Source of the DNA: an uncultured Chloroflexia bacterium
GTDB lineage: Bacteria; Chloroflexota; Limnocylindria; Limnocylindrales; CSP1-4
Assembly (NCBI GenBank): GCA_963712745.1
Contig: CAVQJC010000005.1
Span: 96,001-160,000 of the forward strand
Direction: 5' to 3'
DNA: 64,000 nucleotides
Below, in pieces: positions 1-9,084 of the stretch (position 1 is the stretch's first letter; each line of letters opens with the position of its first letter). The notes beneath the pieces were generated by a model. That model was not told the origin of the DNA, searched no databases, and was given only the letters and a program-made list of their open reading frames with translations. The translations under genes and the position numbers were made by a program.

Positions 1-1477
1 ACGCGACCGGCAGGACCGAGAGCGCGACGTCGACGAAGCCGGCCTCCTCCACGAGGCGCTGCGCATCGGCATCGCTCCAGTTCCAGACGCCCCAGGCGTT
101 GCGCGCGCCTGATTCGTCCGTCGCGCCCCAGCCGGGCTTGACGTGCTCGCCCAACGTGAAGACCGCCCGTCCGCCGGGCCGAAGGACGCGACACATCTCC
201 CGCAGCGTGCCCTCGGGGTCGCCGATGTGCTTGAGCACCTCGAGCGAGGTGACGACGCTGAAGCGGCCGTCCTCCCAGGGCAGGTCCGCCGCGTCACCGA
301 GGACGATCTCGGCCGTGCCTGCCGCGATGCGCTTCGACAAACGCTTGCGCGCCATCCTGACCTGGATCTCCGAGATGTCGAGGCCGGCCACGTGGCGGAC
401 GTGCGCCGCATGCTCCGCGAGGAGCCTGCCCGACCCGCAGCCGACGTCGAGGAGCTCATCGTCGGGCCGGAGGCGAAGCTCAGCCGCCATGGCCCGTGTG
501 TATTGCTGCATGGCCGACCCCATCACCCGGGCGCCGACCAACCCGACGGCCCCGCGCGGCTCCCCGAACAAGCGGCTCCAGAACTCCCTGCGATAGCCGA
601 TCGATCGTCCGCCTCGTCGGGTCTTCGCTCGCATCCGCTCCACCCTCGCAGGCGAGGGTGCGGCTTCGGGTCGCAGCTCCGTCGGCAATTCCTGTCCGGT
701 CAGCCAGGCCTCGACCATGCGGACGTGCAGGTCGGGTGCCGTGAGCTGCCAGCAATGCCCCAGACCGGGCGCGTACCACGCCTCGGCGTCCTGCATGACG
801 GCCGCCAGTGCCGCATTGGAGGCTCGGACGCCGAGTCCGTCGAGGTCATCGGTCTCCGCCTCCCCGGCGACGAGGAGCGTCGGGCACGACGCGCCGGTCG
901 CGGCATAGGACCGGAAGGCGTCGGCGACTGTGCCCAGGTACGCCCGGCGCGACGCGGCGCGCACATCCTCCTCGCCCAGGAGTTCACCGAGCCTCCTGAC
1001 CACTGGCCGGGTGTGAAGGAACGGCGTCACCATGACGGTGGCCAGGAGCGTCAGGGCACGCGCGCCCCTCGGGACGATGACTGGGACGCCATCGGTGATC
1101 GCCCGCTGGACGCGGTCGGGGTGGCGGTCCAGCAGGGCATGGATGACCACGCCACCCGAGCAGAGACCGACCACGCTCGCGCGACCCGAAGGGACGTGCG
1201 ACCCGATGAGCGCGGCCACGATGTCCGCCGTCTTCCGCAGCGACGCTGCGGGCAGGTGATTGCTGCGCCCGAACCCAGGCAGATCCGGGGCCAGGCAGTA
1301 GAAGTCGGTGAGGCCCGTCATGTGCGTTCGCCAGAACCGGGCACTCTGGCCGGCCCCGTGGAGGAAGACGACAGCTGGGGACTTCGGGTCGCCAGACGCC
1401 TCCACGTACATGCCATGGGGCCCGGGCTCCGCCTTGCGGACCGTGGCGGAGTGGTCGATCACTTCGGGCGCGCTCAT
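1..1477 (-). CDS. Alpha/beta hydrolase fused in frame to a class I SAM methyltransferase (3' end runs off the window)
   Basis: Not in the ORF track because it is open-ended. Manual translation from ATG 1477 is stop-free: VFLHGAGQS..APDLPGFGRS..GLCSGG..GHCWQ, then LLDVGCGSG..LPWEDGRFSVV..RVLRPGG. Start overlaps the upstream stop (ATGA). Confidence 0.85.
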   Translation of the reverse strand, partial: MSAPEVIDHSATVRKAEPGPHGMYVEASGDPKSPAVVFLHGAGQSARFWRTHMTGLTDFYCLAPDLPGFGRSNHLPAASLRKTADIVAALIGSHVPSGRASVVGLCSGGVVIHALLDRHPDRVQRAITDGVPVIVPRGARALTLLATVMVTPFLHTRPVVRRLGELLGEEDVRAASRRAYLGTVADAFRSYAATGASCPTLLVAGEAETDDLDGLGVRASNAALAAVMQDAEAWYAPGLGHCWQLTAPDLHVRMVEAWLTGQELPTELRPEAAPSPARVERMRAKTRRGGRSIGYRREFWSRLFGEPRGAVGLVGARVMGSAMQQYTRAMAAELRLRPDDELLDVGCGSGRLLAEHAAHVRHVAGLDISEIQVRMARKRLSKRIAAGTAEIVLGDAADLPWEDGRFSVVTSLEVLKHIGDPEGTLREMCRVLRPGGRAVFTLGEHVKPGWGATDESGARNAWGVWNWSDADAQRLVEEAGFVDVALSVLPVA

Positions 1478-2034
1478 GCCACGGACGCCTTGACGGGATC
1501 TGCTCGCTCTGGGGCGCTGGCCACCGCGGTGGATGCCGGTTTGACAGCCCGGATCAGCTGGGACTTGGAGGGCACCGGCAAGACCGAGATGCTGACGTCA
1601 GTGAAGCCCGCCTCCTCGACGAGCCTGGCCGCGTCGGCATCGCTCCAGCACCAGATGCCCAGGCGCTCTGCGTACCCGAGGGGGCCGATCCGAACCACGC
1701 CTGACTGTCGTCGCTCATGGTGATGATCGCCCGGCCACCGGGTGGCACGACGCGGTGCATCTCCGCCAGGACCATGGATGGGTCGGACACGAACTTCATG
1801 GCGTCGAGGGAGGTGATGACGCTGAAGCGACCGTCCTCCCACGGCAGCGACGAAGAGCCTGCCCGAGCCACAGCCGACGTCGAGCAACTCGTCGTCAGCC
1901 TGGAGGTCGAGCTTGGCAGCCATGGAGCGGTAGTACTTGCCCTTCATCGACACCATCATCCGGGCGCCGACCCGTCCGCTCAGGCCGCTCGGCTTTCCGA
2001 AGAATGGGGTCCAGGACCTGCGGCGCAGACCCAT
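1474..2034 (-). pseudogene. Class I SAM methyltransferase with internal deletion and two frameshifts
   Basis: DVGCGSG is followed directly, in another frame, by LPWEDGRFSVITS. About 40 codons present in the paralog at 4794-5471 are missing. The frame returns near 1710. Confidence 0.75.
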
Positions 2035-2053
2035 CGCACGTCCCCCCATGCGC

Positions 2054-2129
2054 ACGGGCCGGGTTCGCCAGTGGCTCCGCGCGGCCCTCAGCGGCCATGG
2101 TCGACAGGCCGCGCGTCATCGCCTCCCGC
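2054..2129 (-). ncRNA. c-di-GMP-II-like riboswitch, variant (copy 1)
   Basis: Minus strand GCGGGAGGCGATGAC-GCGCGGCC..loop ATGGCCGCT..GGCCGCGC-GGAGCCACTGGCGAACCCGGCCCGT shows P1, kink-turn, stem and pseudoknot; ends 20 nt before the ATG. Confidence 0.6.
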
Positions 2130-2225
2130 TACTGACGATTATCCCGTGGCCGCCAAGCCCGGAGTCAGAGTCAGGCGGCTCGCTCGGACAGCCAGGCCAT
2201 CAGCGTCTGGAATCTGCGGCGGCTC

Positions 2226-2432
2226 ACGCTCGCGAACCGCACGATGATCGAGGCCTTCGCCGCTCCGGCCGCCAGGCTCAGGGTCGCGGAGCCTTCGCCG
2301 CTCGAGCCCGAAAGGCTCCCAAAGCATGTGCGCTACCGCTGCGCTGCACCCCGACGAGTTCGTGCGTGCATTGGGTGCACAGCGCGGCTCGAGAGTGATG
2401 CCGAGGGGCCTACAGCGCTCGAACCGCACGAT
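2226..2432 (-). repeat. tRNA-Pro-half att-like element, copy R1 (complete)
   Basis: CGAACCGCACGAT at both ends (2233 and 2420); two GCCTTCGCCGCTC direct repeats; tRNA-Pro 5' half at 2315-2353. Confidence 0.9.
2315..2353 (-). pseudogene. tRNA-Pro(TGG) 5' half only
   Basis: CGGGGTG CA GCGC AGCGGTA GCGC A CATGC TTTGGGA GC: acceptor 5' strand, D arm and anticodon loop; no 3' half follows. Confidence 0.85.
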
Positions 2433-2511
2433 AGCCCTTGGGCGTTCGAGGTGGTGCACCGCGACGGGGCTCACCCTCGCCGATGCAGGTTTCCCGTGGC
2501 GACGAGCGGAC

Positions 2512-4008
2512 TCAGGCGTGCAGGAACTCGGGTTCGACGTGAACTGGTTCACCCCGACTCACCCGGAAGTCGCAGCGTCGGCCGCCTTGCGCGATGGTCT
2601 CGGTGCGGTCGAGCCGCAGGCCCATCGCGGCGAACTGGGGATAGTCGATCCAGCACAGGTACTCGGCGAGCTCGGGGGCACCCTCGTGTTCGAGGTACTT
2701 CACGGCCCCACACTCGATGCAGTCCAGCCCCATCCCCGAGTCGCTCCCGTCGCCTTCGACGACCTCGTACACCCAATCCCCGGGATAGCGGCGTTCCTGG
2801 CTGGTGGCCGCGATGCGTCTCCACAGGTCGACACCCTTCTGGCTCAGGAAACCTCGGCCCTGCAAACGCATCAGCCAGCGCGTCGGGACGGACTGGTAGA
2901 AGCCCACTTCCCCGAGGTGGATGAGGCGGGCCGCTTGCTCGACCGATGCCCCACGCGCCCGGAGGGTTCGGTACATCGCCAGCTTGGCAGCGATCTTGAC
3001 GAGGGTGATGGTGAAGGCGTTCTTGCCGCCGCCGATGTAGGGGATGTCCGGCAGCAGGACCTCGAAGCGCCCGAGCGCCTCTTTGACGATGGCCTCCCCT
3101 GCTGCCTTGCCGTAGGCCTGGGCGAGGGGCTTGCGGAAGGGCCGGAAGTAGAACCTCACCAGCCGCATGAGCCGACCCTTGTGCCTGAGATACCAGAACT
3201 CGGGGCCCATGCGCCGGACCTGCTCGATCTTGGCCGGCGAGGGAGCGGCTTCTCGACGGAGCTCGGACGGCAGCTCTCGTCCGCTGACCCAGGCCTCGAC
3301 CGTGCGGATGTGCAGGTCGGGATCGGCTTTCTGCCAGCAGTGCTTGAGGCCGGGGACATACCAGGCCTCGGCCCGGGGCAGGACCTCGGCCAGGGCGGCG
3401 TTCATCGATCGGACCACGCTCTCCTTCTCGCCGGCGATGAGCAGGGCAGGGCTCGGCGCATCGAGGGCTGCGAACTCCCCGAAGATCTCCCCCACGACGC
3501 GCCCGAACTCCAGGCGTGATGCGACCCGCAGGTCCTCCGGGTCGTGGGTGTCGCGGAAGAACGACTTGAGCGGGCGCGTGTGGATGAATGGCGCCATGGC
3601 AAGCATGCACAGACGCATGATCGCGCGGCCGATGCGCGGCGTGCCAAAGGGGGGCGAGCCGTCGATGACAGCCCGCTCGACGCGCTCGGGGTGGCGATCG
3701 AGCAGGGCGTGGATGTGCAGCCCGCCCGAGGAGATCCCCACGACGCTGGCACGTTTCGCGGGGACGCGCTCCTCGATGAGGCGAGCCAGCAGGTCCGCCA
3801 CGCGCTCCTTGGTCGCCGACCCGAGATGGTTGCTGCGCCCGAAGCCGGGCAGATCCGGCGCCAGGCAGTGGAAGCCAGAGAGCCTGTCCATGTGCTGCCG
3901 CCACTCGCGGCTGCTCTGGCCGGCCCCGTGGATGAAGACGATGGCCGGCGAGCCCGGGGTCCCGGACTCCTCGACATGCAGGCCATCAGGAGAACGCCGC
4001 TCACTCAT
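2512..4008 (-). CDS. Alpha/beta hydrolase fused to an L-2-amino-thiazoline-4-carboxylic acid hydrolase-like domain
   Basis: RBS GGAGGTGA before ATG 4008; FIHGAG, PDLPGFG, GISSGG; C-terminal DCIECG..LCWID..RTETIAQGGRRCDFR. Confidence 0.85.
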   Translation of the reverse strand: MSERRSPDGLHVEESGTPGSPAIVFIHGAGQSSREWRQHMDRLSGFHCLAPDLPGFGRSNHLGSATKERVADLLARLIEERVPAKRASVVGISSGGLHIHALLDRHPERVERAVIDGSPPFGTPRIGRAIMRLCMLAMAPFIHTRPLKSFFRDTHDPEDLRVASRLEFGRVVGEIFGEFAALDAPSPALLIAGEKESVVRSMNAALAEVLPRAEAWYVPGLKHCWQKADPDLHIRTVEAWVSGRELPSELRREAAPSPAKIEQVRRMGPEFWYLRHKGRLMRLVRFYFRPFRKPLAQAYGKAAGEAIVKEALGRFEVLLPDIPYIGGGKNAFTITLVKIAAKLAMYRTLRARGASVEQAARLIHLGEVGFYQSVPTRWLMRLQGRGFLSQKGVDLWRRIAATSQERRYPGDWVYEVVEGDGSDSGMGLDCIECGAVKYLEHEGAPELAEYLCWIDYPQFAAMGLRLDRTETIAQGGRRCDFRVSRGEPVHVEPEFLHA

Positions 4009-4042
4009 CTCGTCACCTCCTACAAGGACGCGAACATGGGGT

Positions 4043-4783
4043 TCACCGTTTTGGCCGAGCAAGGTGGCCGACCCCCACCTCGCGCGCGGCAGCGACGGCG
4101 GCCGCGACACCGTCGGTCCAGGGTTCCCCGTGGCCGGGCAGCAACCAGTGCGCCTCGAGCTCTTCGATGCTCGCGAGCGAGGCCAGCGCTTCATCGGGGT
4201 CGGCAGCGAAGGGACAGATCTGCGGACCACGGCGCTCGGTGATGACCGCGTCCGTCGCCAGCGCGTCGCCCACGAAGAGGGCGTCGTGTTCCGGCGCATG
4301 GAAGGTGACGCTGCCATGCGTGTGTCCGGGTGTGTGGATGACGCGCAGCGCGCCCGGTACGTCGAGCGTCGTGCCCGGGTCGAAGGTGCCGACCTCCATC
4401 AGCGCCGTGGTACGCATCGCGCCGTGACGCATGAGCCACAGCAGATAGTGCAGCAGCGATCGCAGCCGGCGTTCACCCATGCCGGCGCTCGGGTTGCCGA
4501 CCTCGCCCCGGGCCAGGGCAGCATCCAGCTCGTGGATGCTGACGGGCACGTCGCGCTCGGCACGCAATCGTTCGGCGAACCCGATGTGGTCGTCGTGGCC
4601 GTGGGTCAGCACGACGGCGCGAACATCCTCGATCGTGCGGCCCATGGCCGCGAGCTCACCTGGCAGTTCGCCGTAGTACGCGGGCACACCCGCGTCGATG
4701 ATGGTGACCTCGCCAGCTTCCTCGAGGAGATAGCAGCTGACGATCGCTTCGCCGAGCCGATGCAGGGATGGGGCGAGTCGCAT
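4043..4783 (-). CDS. MBL-fold metallo-hydrolase
   Basis: THGHDDH, HTPGHT, GD and PGHG motifs. Confidence 0.92.
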   Translation of the reverse strand: MRLAPSLHRLGEAIVSCYLLEEAGEVTIIDAGVPAYYGELPGELAAMGRTIEDVRAVVLTHGHDDHIGFAERLRAERDVPVSIHELDAALARGEVGNPSAGMGERRLRSLLHYLLWLMRHGAMRTTALMEVGTFDPGTTLDVPGALRVIHTPGHTHGSVTFHAPEHDALFVGDALATDAVITERRGPQICPFAADPDEALASLASIEELEAHWLLPGHGEPWTDGVAAAVAAAREVGVGHLARPKR

Positions 4784-4793
4784 CGGATCGGCC

Positions 4794-5471
4794 TCACGCC
4801 ACGCTCTCAGCCGTCGTGGTTGTCGCCTCGGCCGCTGTTGCCGCCGACTTCACGCCTCGGGCCAGCAGGGCCTTGGAGAACACCGACATCACCGAGACGG
4901 TGACATCGCCGAAGCCGGCCGCCTCCACCAGCCGTTGCGCGGCGTCGTCGGTCCACTGCCACTGGCCGAAGCCGTCCACCACCGCCTCGGTCGACCCTTC
5001 CGGAGCGTACCCAGCCTCACCCATCGTGACCGCCATCCGACCACCCGGGCGCAGGACCCGGTGCATCTCCCGCAGCGTTGCCAGCGGGTCGGGCACGAAC
5101 TTGAGGGCATTGACCGACGTGACCGCGCTGAATCGGTCGTCCTCCCAGGGCAAGTTGTCGGCATCGCCCTTGACGATCTCCGCGGTGCCCGCGGCGATGC
5201 GCTCAGCCAGGCGCCTACGTGCTATCTCGAGCTGCAGCTCCGAGGCGTCGAGGCCGGCGACGAAGCGCACGTGCCCCGCGTGGTCGACGAACAGGGTGGC
5301 CGAGCCACAGCCGACGTCGAGCAGCTCATCGTCCGGCTGGAAGTCCAGCTCCGCAGCGATCTGGGTGTGGAACGGACGGCTGCTCCTCGGCATCAGCCGG
5401 ACGCCGAGCCGCCCAGGCATGCCGTGCGGCACCCCGAAGAACGACATCCACCAGCTTCGGCGCAGACCCAT
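4794..5471 (-). CDS. Class I SAM-dependent methyltransferase
   Basis: LLDVGCGS, GDADNLPWEDDRF, RVLRPGG. Confidence 0.9.
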   Translation of the reverse strand: MGLRRSWWMSFFGVPHGMPGRLGVRLMPRSSRPFHTQIAAELDFQPDDELLDVGCGSATLFVDHAGHVRFVAGLDASELQLEIARRRLAERIAAGTAEIVKGDADNLPWEDDRFSAVTSVNALKFVPDPLATLREMHRVLRPGGRMAVTMGEAGYAPEGSTEAVVDGFGQWQWTDDAAQRLVEAAGFGDVTVSVMSVFSKALLARGVKSAATAAEATTTTAESVA

Positions 5472-5490
5472 CGCACGTCCCCCCATGCGC

Positions 5491-5566
5491 ACGGGCCGGG
5501 TTCGCCAGTGGCTCCGCGCGGCCCTCAGCGGCCATGGTCGACAGGCCGCGCGTCATCGCCTCCCGC
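5491..5566 (-). ncRNA. c-di-GMP-II-like riboswitch, variant (copy 2)
   Basis: Identical to 2054-2129; lies upstream of the methyltransferase. Confidence 0.6.
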
Positions 5567-5662
5567 TACTGACGATTATCCCGTGGCCGCCAAGCCCGGA
5601 GTCAGAGTCAGGCGGCTCGCTCGGACAGCCAGGCCATCAGCGTCTGGAATCTGCGGCGGCTC

Positions 5663-5761
5663 ACGCTCGCGAACCGCACGATGATCGAGGCCTTCGCCGC
5701 TCCGGCCGCCAGGCTCAGGGCCGCGGAGCCTTCGCCGCTCGAGCCTGAAAGGCTCCCAAGC
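5663..5761 (-). repeat. att-like element, copy R2 (arm half only, ends at the anticodon loop)
   Basis: Nearly identical to 2226-2322; similarity stops at ..GGCTCCCAAGC. Confidence 0.9.
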
Positions 5762-6071
5762 GGACACCACTCGCGCGTCGCCGAGCGGCGCGACCTACCC
5801 CACCTTCGTTCCACGTACGATGCGCATGTCCTCCATCTTCGCGAGCCGGTTGAGCGCCCGAAGGAAGCGGCTGGATGCGCTCGCGGCGCCGTGACCGAGA
5901 CGTCCGGTCGCCTTGGCACAGGGGACGAGCGTGCCCCGCTCTGGGCGATCGTCTGCTGTGCTGATCGAAGTGGAGCGGCTCTCCCTACGTGCTCGAGCCG
6001 TCATACGCGACGTGCGCTGACGTGGCACCCAGCGATGACACGACCAACACACGTCGAGCGAGAACGGGTCG

Positions 6072-7296
6072 TCACTGGTCGGCGGCAGCAGCTCCCTCCA
6101 GGGCGACGAGTGCATCTACGAGCGGCTGGACCCCCGGGTCGAGCACCGCGAGGGCACTGAACAGCGCACCGCTGTCGGAGCAGGTGTTGGTGAAGACCAC
6201 GTACGACTCCCCGGTCGTCGGGGTCATGCCCGGCCCAGCCCTCCCAGCCGATGGCCTCGCCCTCGTGCCCGTACTGGTTGCCGAAGCCCTCGGCGAACTG
6301 CATGATGCCGAGGCCATAGGCGAAGATCCCAAGGCCGGCATCGTGCATCTGGAGGCGCTCGGCGGCGAGCTCGTCCGAGAGCAGCGAGCTGCCGCTCATC
6401 GAGGCGGCCCAGATGCCGAGGTCGTCGAGGTCGGAATGCATGCTGCCGCCGATCTGGCCGTAGCTCGCGTTCCAGTCGGTCGTGTCGGTGTCGTCGGGCA
6501 CCGGCTCGGCCCCGTCGCGCACCAACTCGTCCACGCAGGCCGGGCTCATGTAGCCACGGGCGAAGGGCTCGGGCAGGGTGGTGTCGTCGTTGTACGGCAG
6601 CGCGGTGTCAGGCATGCCCAGCGGCTCGGTCAGGCGCTCGGCGACCAGCTCCTGGATGGGCTGGCCGGTGAGGGTCTCGGCGATCTCCTGGAGGATGACG
6701 TAGCCGGTGGTGCTGTAGCCGGGGGTGCCCACGGGCGCCAGGCCGCGCTCCACGCCGTACCCGATGAGCTGCTCCGGGTCCCACTGCGTGTCGGGCGCCT
6801 GGGTCAGCGCCGCCACTGCGGCATCGGGCACGTTCATGTAGTCGGGGATGCCGCTGGTCATGCCCAGCAGGTCACCGATGCTGATGTCGGCCACGTCGGG
6901 GAACTGCTCTGCCAGGGCGGGGTCAGCGTCGGCCACGGTGTCCTCGAGTGCGAGGCTGCCCTCGTCGACGAGCTGCAGGATGATGGCCGCGCCGAAGGTC
7001 TTGCTGATGCTGCCGATGCGGAAGTGGTCGTCGATCGAGGCCGCGCGCCCGTTGGCCACGTCCGCGAGGCCGTACGCCTGCTGGTAGGAGCCGCGCTCGG
7101 GACTCCACAGGCCGACGTAGAAGGCGGGCACCTCGGGGTGCTCCTCCATGACCGCGGCGATGCCGGCATCGATGGCCGCCTGGTCTTCGGCGGACATCGG
7201 CTCGGTCGGTAGCTCCATGTCGGCGGCGACGACCGGGACGACGAGCCCGAGAGCGAGGGTGACGGTGACGGCTGTGGCCATGATGGCTCGAAGCAT
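6072..7296 (-). CDS. Secreted serine hydrolase (beta-lactamase/D-peptidase family) with a +1 frameshift near 6220
   Basis: Signal peptide, FRIGSISK (SxxK), YS, GHEG. The C-terminus continues in ORF 6072..6341 after a 4-base homopolymer. Confidence 0.85.
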
Positions 7297-7452
7297 CGGC
7301 CTCCTCCGGAGAATGCGACTGGGACCTTCAGGCATGCGCTCGGTCGGCGAGCGAATCGGGGCGACGGTAGCACGCGCGTTCTCAGCGAGCGAAAGGGGGC
7401 ATCCGGGCCCCGGGCCCCGGGCCCCGGGCCGATGATCCTCCGGGCGAAGTCG

Positions 7453-7608
7453 ACGCTCGCGAACCGCACGACGATCGACGCCTTCACCGCTCGGCCCGCC
7501 ACGTTCAGGACCCTGGAACCTTCGCTGCTCGAGCCAGAAGCTCCCAAGGCATGGGCGCTACCGCTCCGCTACACCCCAACGAGGTTCGTACGTGGAGAGG
7601 GTACACAG
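7453..7608 (-). repeat. att-like element, copy R3 (tRNA-Pro half at 7540-7578, loop CTTGGGA)
   Basis: ACGCTCGCGAACCGCACGACGATC..GCTCCCAAGGCATGGGCGCTACCGCTCCGCTACACCCCA..AGGGTACACAG. Confidence 0.88.
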
Positions 7609-7609
7609 G

Positions 7610-7900
7610 GACTGCGACTTCGGCGATGGCTGGGAGCACGACGTCGTGGTCGAGGAAATCAGCCCGCAGCGGTCGGACTTGGATGGCCCGATCTGCCTGG
7701 CCGGAAGCATGGCTTGCCCGCCCGAGGATTGCGGGGGGCCAATGGGCTACGAGGACCTGCTTGACGCACTATCGGATCCCGCACATCCCGAGCACGACCA
7801 TCTGCGCGAATGGGCGCCGCCGGACTTCGACCCGACGTTCTTCGACATGGACGAGGCGACCGCCGCCATGCGCTCGGTGCGACCGCTCCAGAGGTGGTGA
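7610..7900 (+). pseudogene. C-terminal fragment of a plasmid pRiA4b ORF-3 family protein
   Basis: DFGDGWEH..CLAGSMACPPEDCGG..GY..HPEH; the N-terminal half is replaced by repeat R3. Confidence 0.8.
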
Positions 7901-7910
7901 TGGACGGCCT

Positions 7911-8327
7911 TCAGGCAGCGAGTCGGAAGGGGTCCTCCACGCGGATGCCGTCGTAGTCGGTGGCATCGTCGAGATCTTCGGACAACACCACTGAACATCC
8001 AAGGGCACGAGCGGCCTCGAGGATCGCCGCGTCCCAGTAGGACACGCCGAAGCGGCTCCGTGTCGCCAGCGCCGCTCGCATCACATCGACACTCGTGACC
8101 TGCACCGAGAACCGACACCAGGCCTCGACCAGTCCGGCTGCCTCGTCGTGGGTGATCGCGTCTTCTCGAGTTGCCCGGGTCGCTTGGACGTAGAACTCCT
8201 GCAGGACCTGCACCGAGAGACCGATCTCACCACCGTCGATGATCTCGTTCGCGATCATCGCTTTGCCCTCCTCCGCCGGGTCGCGTGAGATGGCATACAA
8301 GAGGATGTTCGTGTCAACGAAGCGCAC
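7911..8327 (-). CDS. vapC: PIN-domain toxin (VapC family)
   Basis: FVDTNILLY, QVLQEF, SYWDAAI, SED. Confidence 0.92.
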   Translation of the reverse strand: MRFVDTNILLYAISRDPAEEGKAMIANEIIDGGEIGLSVQVLQEFYVQATRATREDAITHDEAAGLVEAWCRFSVQVTSVDVMRAALATRSRFGVSYWDAAILEAARALGCSVVLSEDLDDATDYDGIRVEDPFRLAA

Positions 8328-8553
8328 GCTCGTGAACCTCATCGCGTGTCAGGCGGTCCATCGCCCGGAAGCGCTTGATCTGACCTTGGATGCGACGCTG
8401 CTGCGCTTCCAACCGCGAGAACTCGGCGTCATCGTAGGAAAGCGAGCGCAGGTAGGTCGCGACCATGCCACTGACTGATCGGCCCTCCTCCGCGGCTCGG
8501 ATGCGAGCGGCGCGATAGACGTCGTCAGGTACAGAGACCGTGATGTTCTTCAC
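8314..8553 (-). CDS. Ribbon-helix-helix antitoxin
   Basis: GTG start KNITVSVPDDVYRAARIRAAEEGRSVS; overlaps the toxin gene. Confidence 0.85.
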   Translation of the reverse strand: MKNITVSVPDDVYRAARIRAAEEGRSVSGMVATYLRSLSYDDAEFSRLEAQQRRIQGQIKRFRAMDRLTRDEVHERALR

Positions 8554-8572
8554 CGTGTCACAGTAACGCATT

Positions 8573-8589
8573 CTCACAGTATCTGTGAG
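8573..8589. promoter_or_regulatory. Probable TA operator palindrome
   Basis: CTCACAG-TAT-CTGTGAG just upstream of the antitoxin, plus another TCACAG near 8558. Confidence 0.55.
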
Positions 8590-8616
8590 CTGATGGCAGT
8601 GAGCCCAAGGTCCTGG

Positions 8617-8766
8617 ATGTGGGAGCTTCGCCACACAGTGACGGCCTGTGACGCGGCATTCCTGGCACTCGCGGAGGCGCTCGATGCACCGCTGGTCACG
8701 TGCGATGCCCGACTCGCTCGCGCGCCCGGTCACGCAGCTTCGGTAGAGGTGTTCCCTCGCGGTTGA
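8617..8766 (+). pseudogene. VapC C-terminal fragment
   Basis: WELRHTVTACDAAFLALAEALDAPLVTCDARLARAPGH; no N-terminal DTS/DAS strand. Confidence 0.8.
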
Positions 8767-8825
8767 TCAGGTGCCGTTGCTGGAGGGACTCCCGAAGCAC
8801 TCTGCGCGAGCGTCTTGGAGCCCGC

Positions 8826-9021
8826 AAACCACACGATGATCGGGGCCTTCACCGCTCGGCCCATCACGCTCGCATGGCCGGGAGCTTCACCGCGAACCCC
8901 GCGTGGGCTCCCAAAGCATGTGCGCTACCGCTGCGCTACACCCCGACGAGTCCGTGCGTGCCTAGGCGCAGCGAGGCTCGACGGCGACACAGATGGGCCG
9001 ACACTGCTCGAATCGCACGAT
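8826..9021 (-). repeat. att-like element, copy R4 (complete; tRNA-Pro(TGG) half at 8907-8945)
   Basis: AAACCACACGATGATC..GCTCCCAAAGCATGTGCGCTACCGCTGCGCTACACCCCG..CGAATCGCACGAT. Confidence 0.9.
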
Positions 9022-9084
9022 AACCCCGAAGCAGCGGCGAACCGACTGGGGGTGCTCGCCCGCCGGTTCGCGCATCCAGACCGA

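Noticed and set aside
143-1723. Long plus-strand ORF (and similar antisense ORFs such as 3167-4903, 31628-33904, 39796-41619)
   Set aside because: Shadow ORFs opposite well-supported genes in high-GC DNA, with no recognisable motifs.
2244-2924. Recurrent peptide 'MIEAFAA..PKACALPLRYTP' in ORFs at the repeats
   Set aside because: A by-product of translating the antisense tRNA-half repeat; the frame is not conserved between copies.
5795-6115. 106-aa minus-strand ORF next to R2
   Set aside because: No recognisable domain or RBS, and it overlaps the hydrolase end.
6215-6225. Programmed frameshifting in the serine hydrolase (also at ~38975 and ~45909)
   Set aside because: Single-base indels with no slippery heptamer or stimulator; sequencing error or recent decay is more likely and needs read-level checking.
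7403-7430. (CCCGGGC)n 7-bp run
   Set aside because: Short GC-rich microsatellite with no evidence of function.
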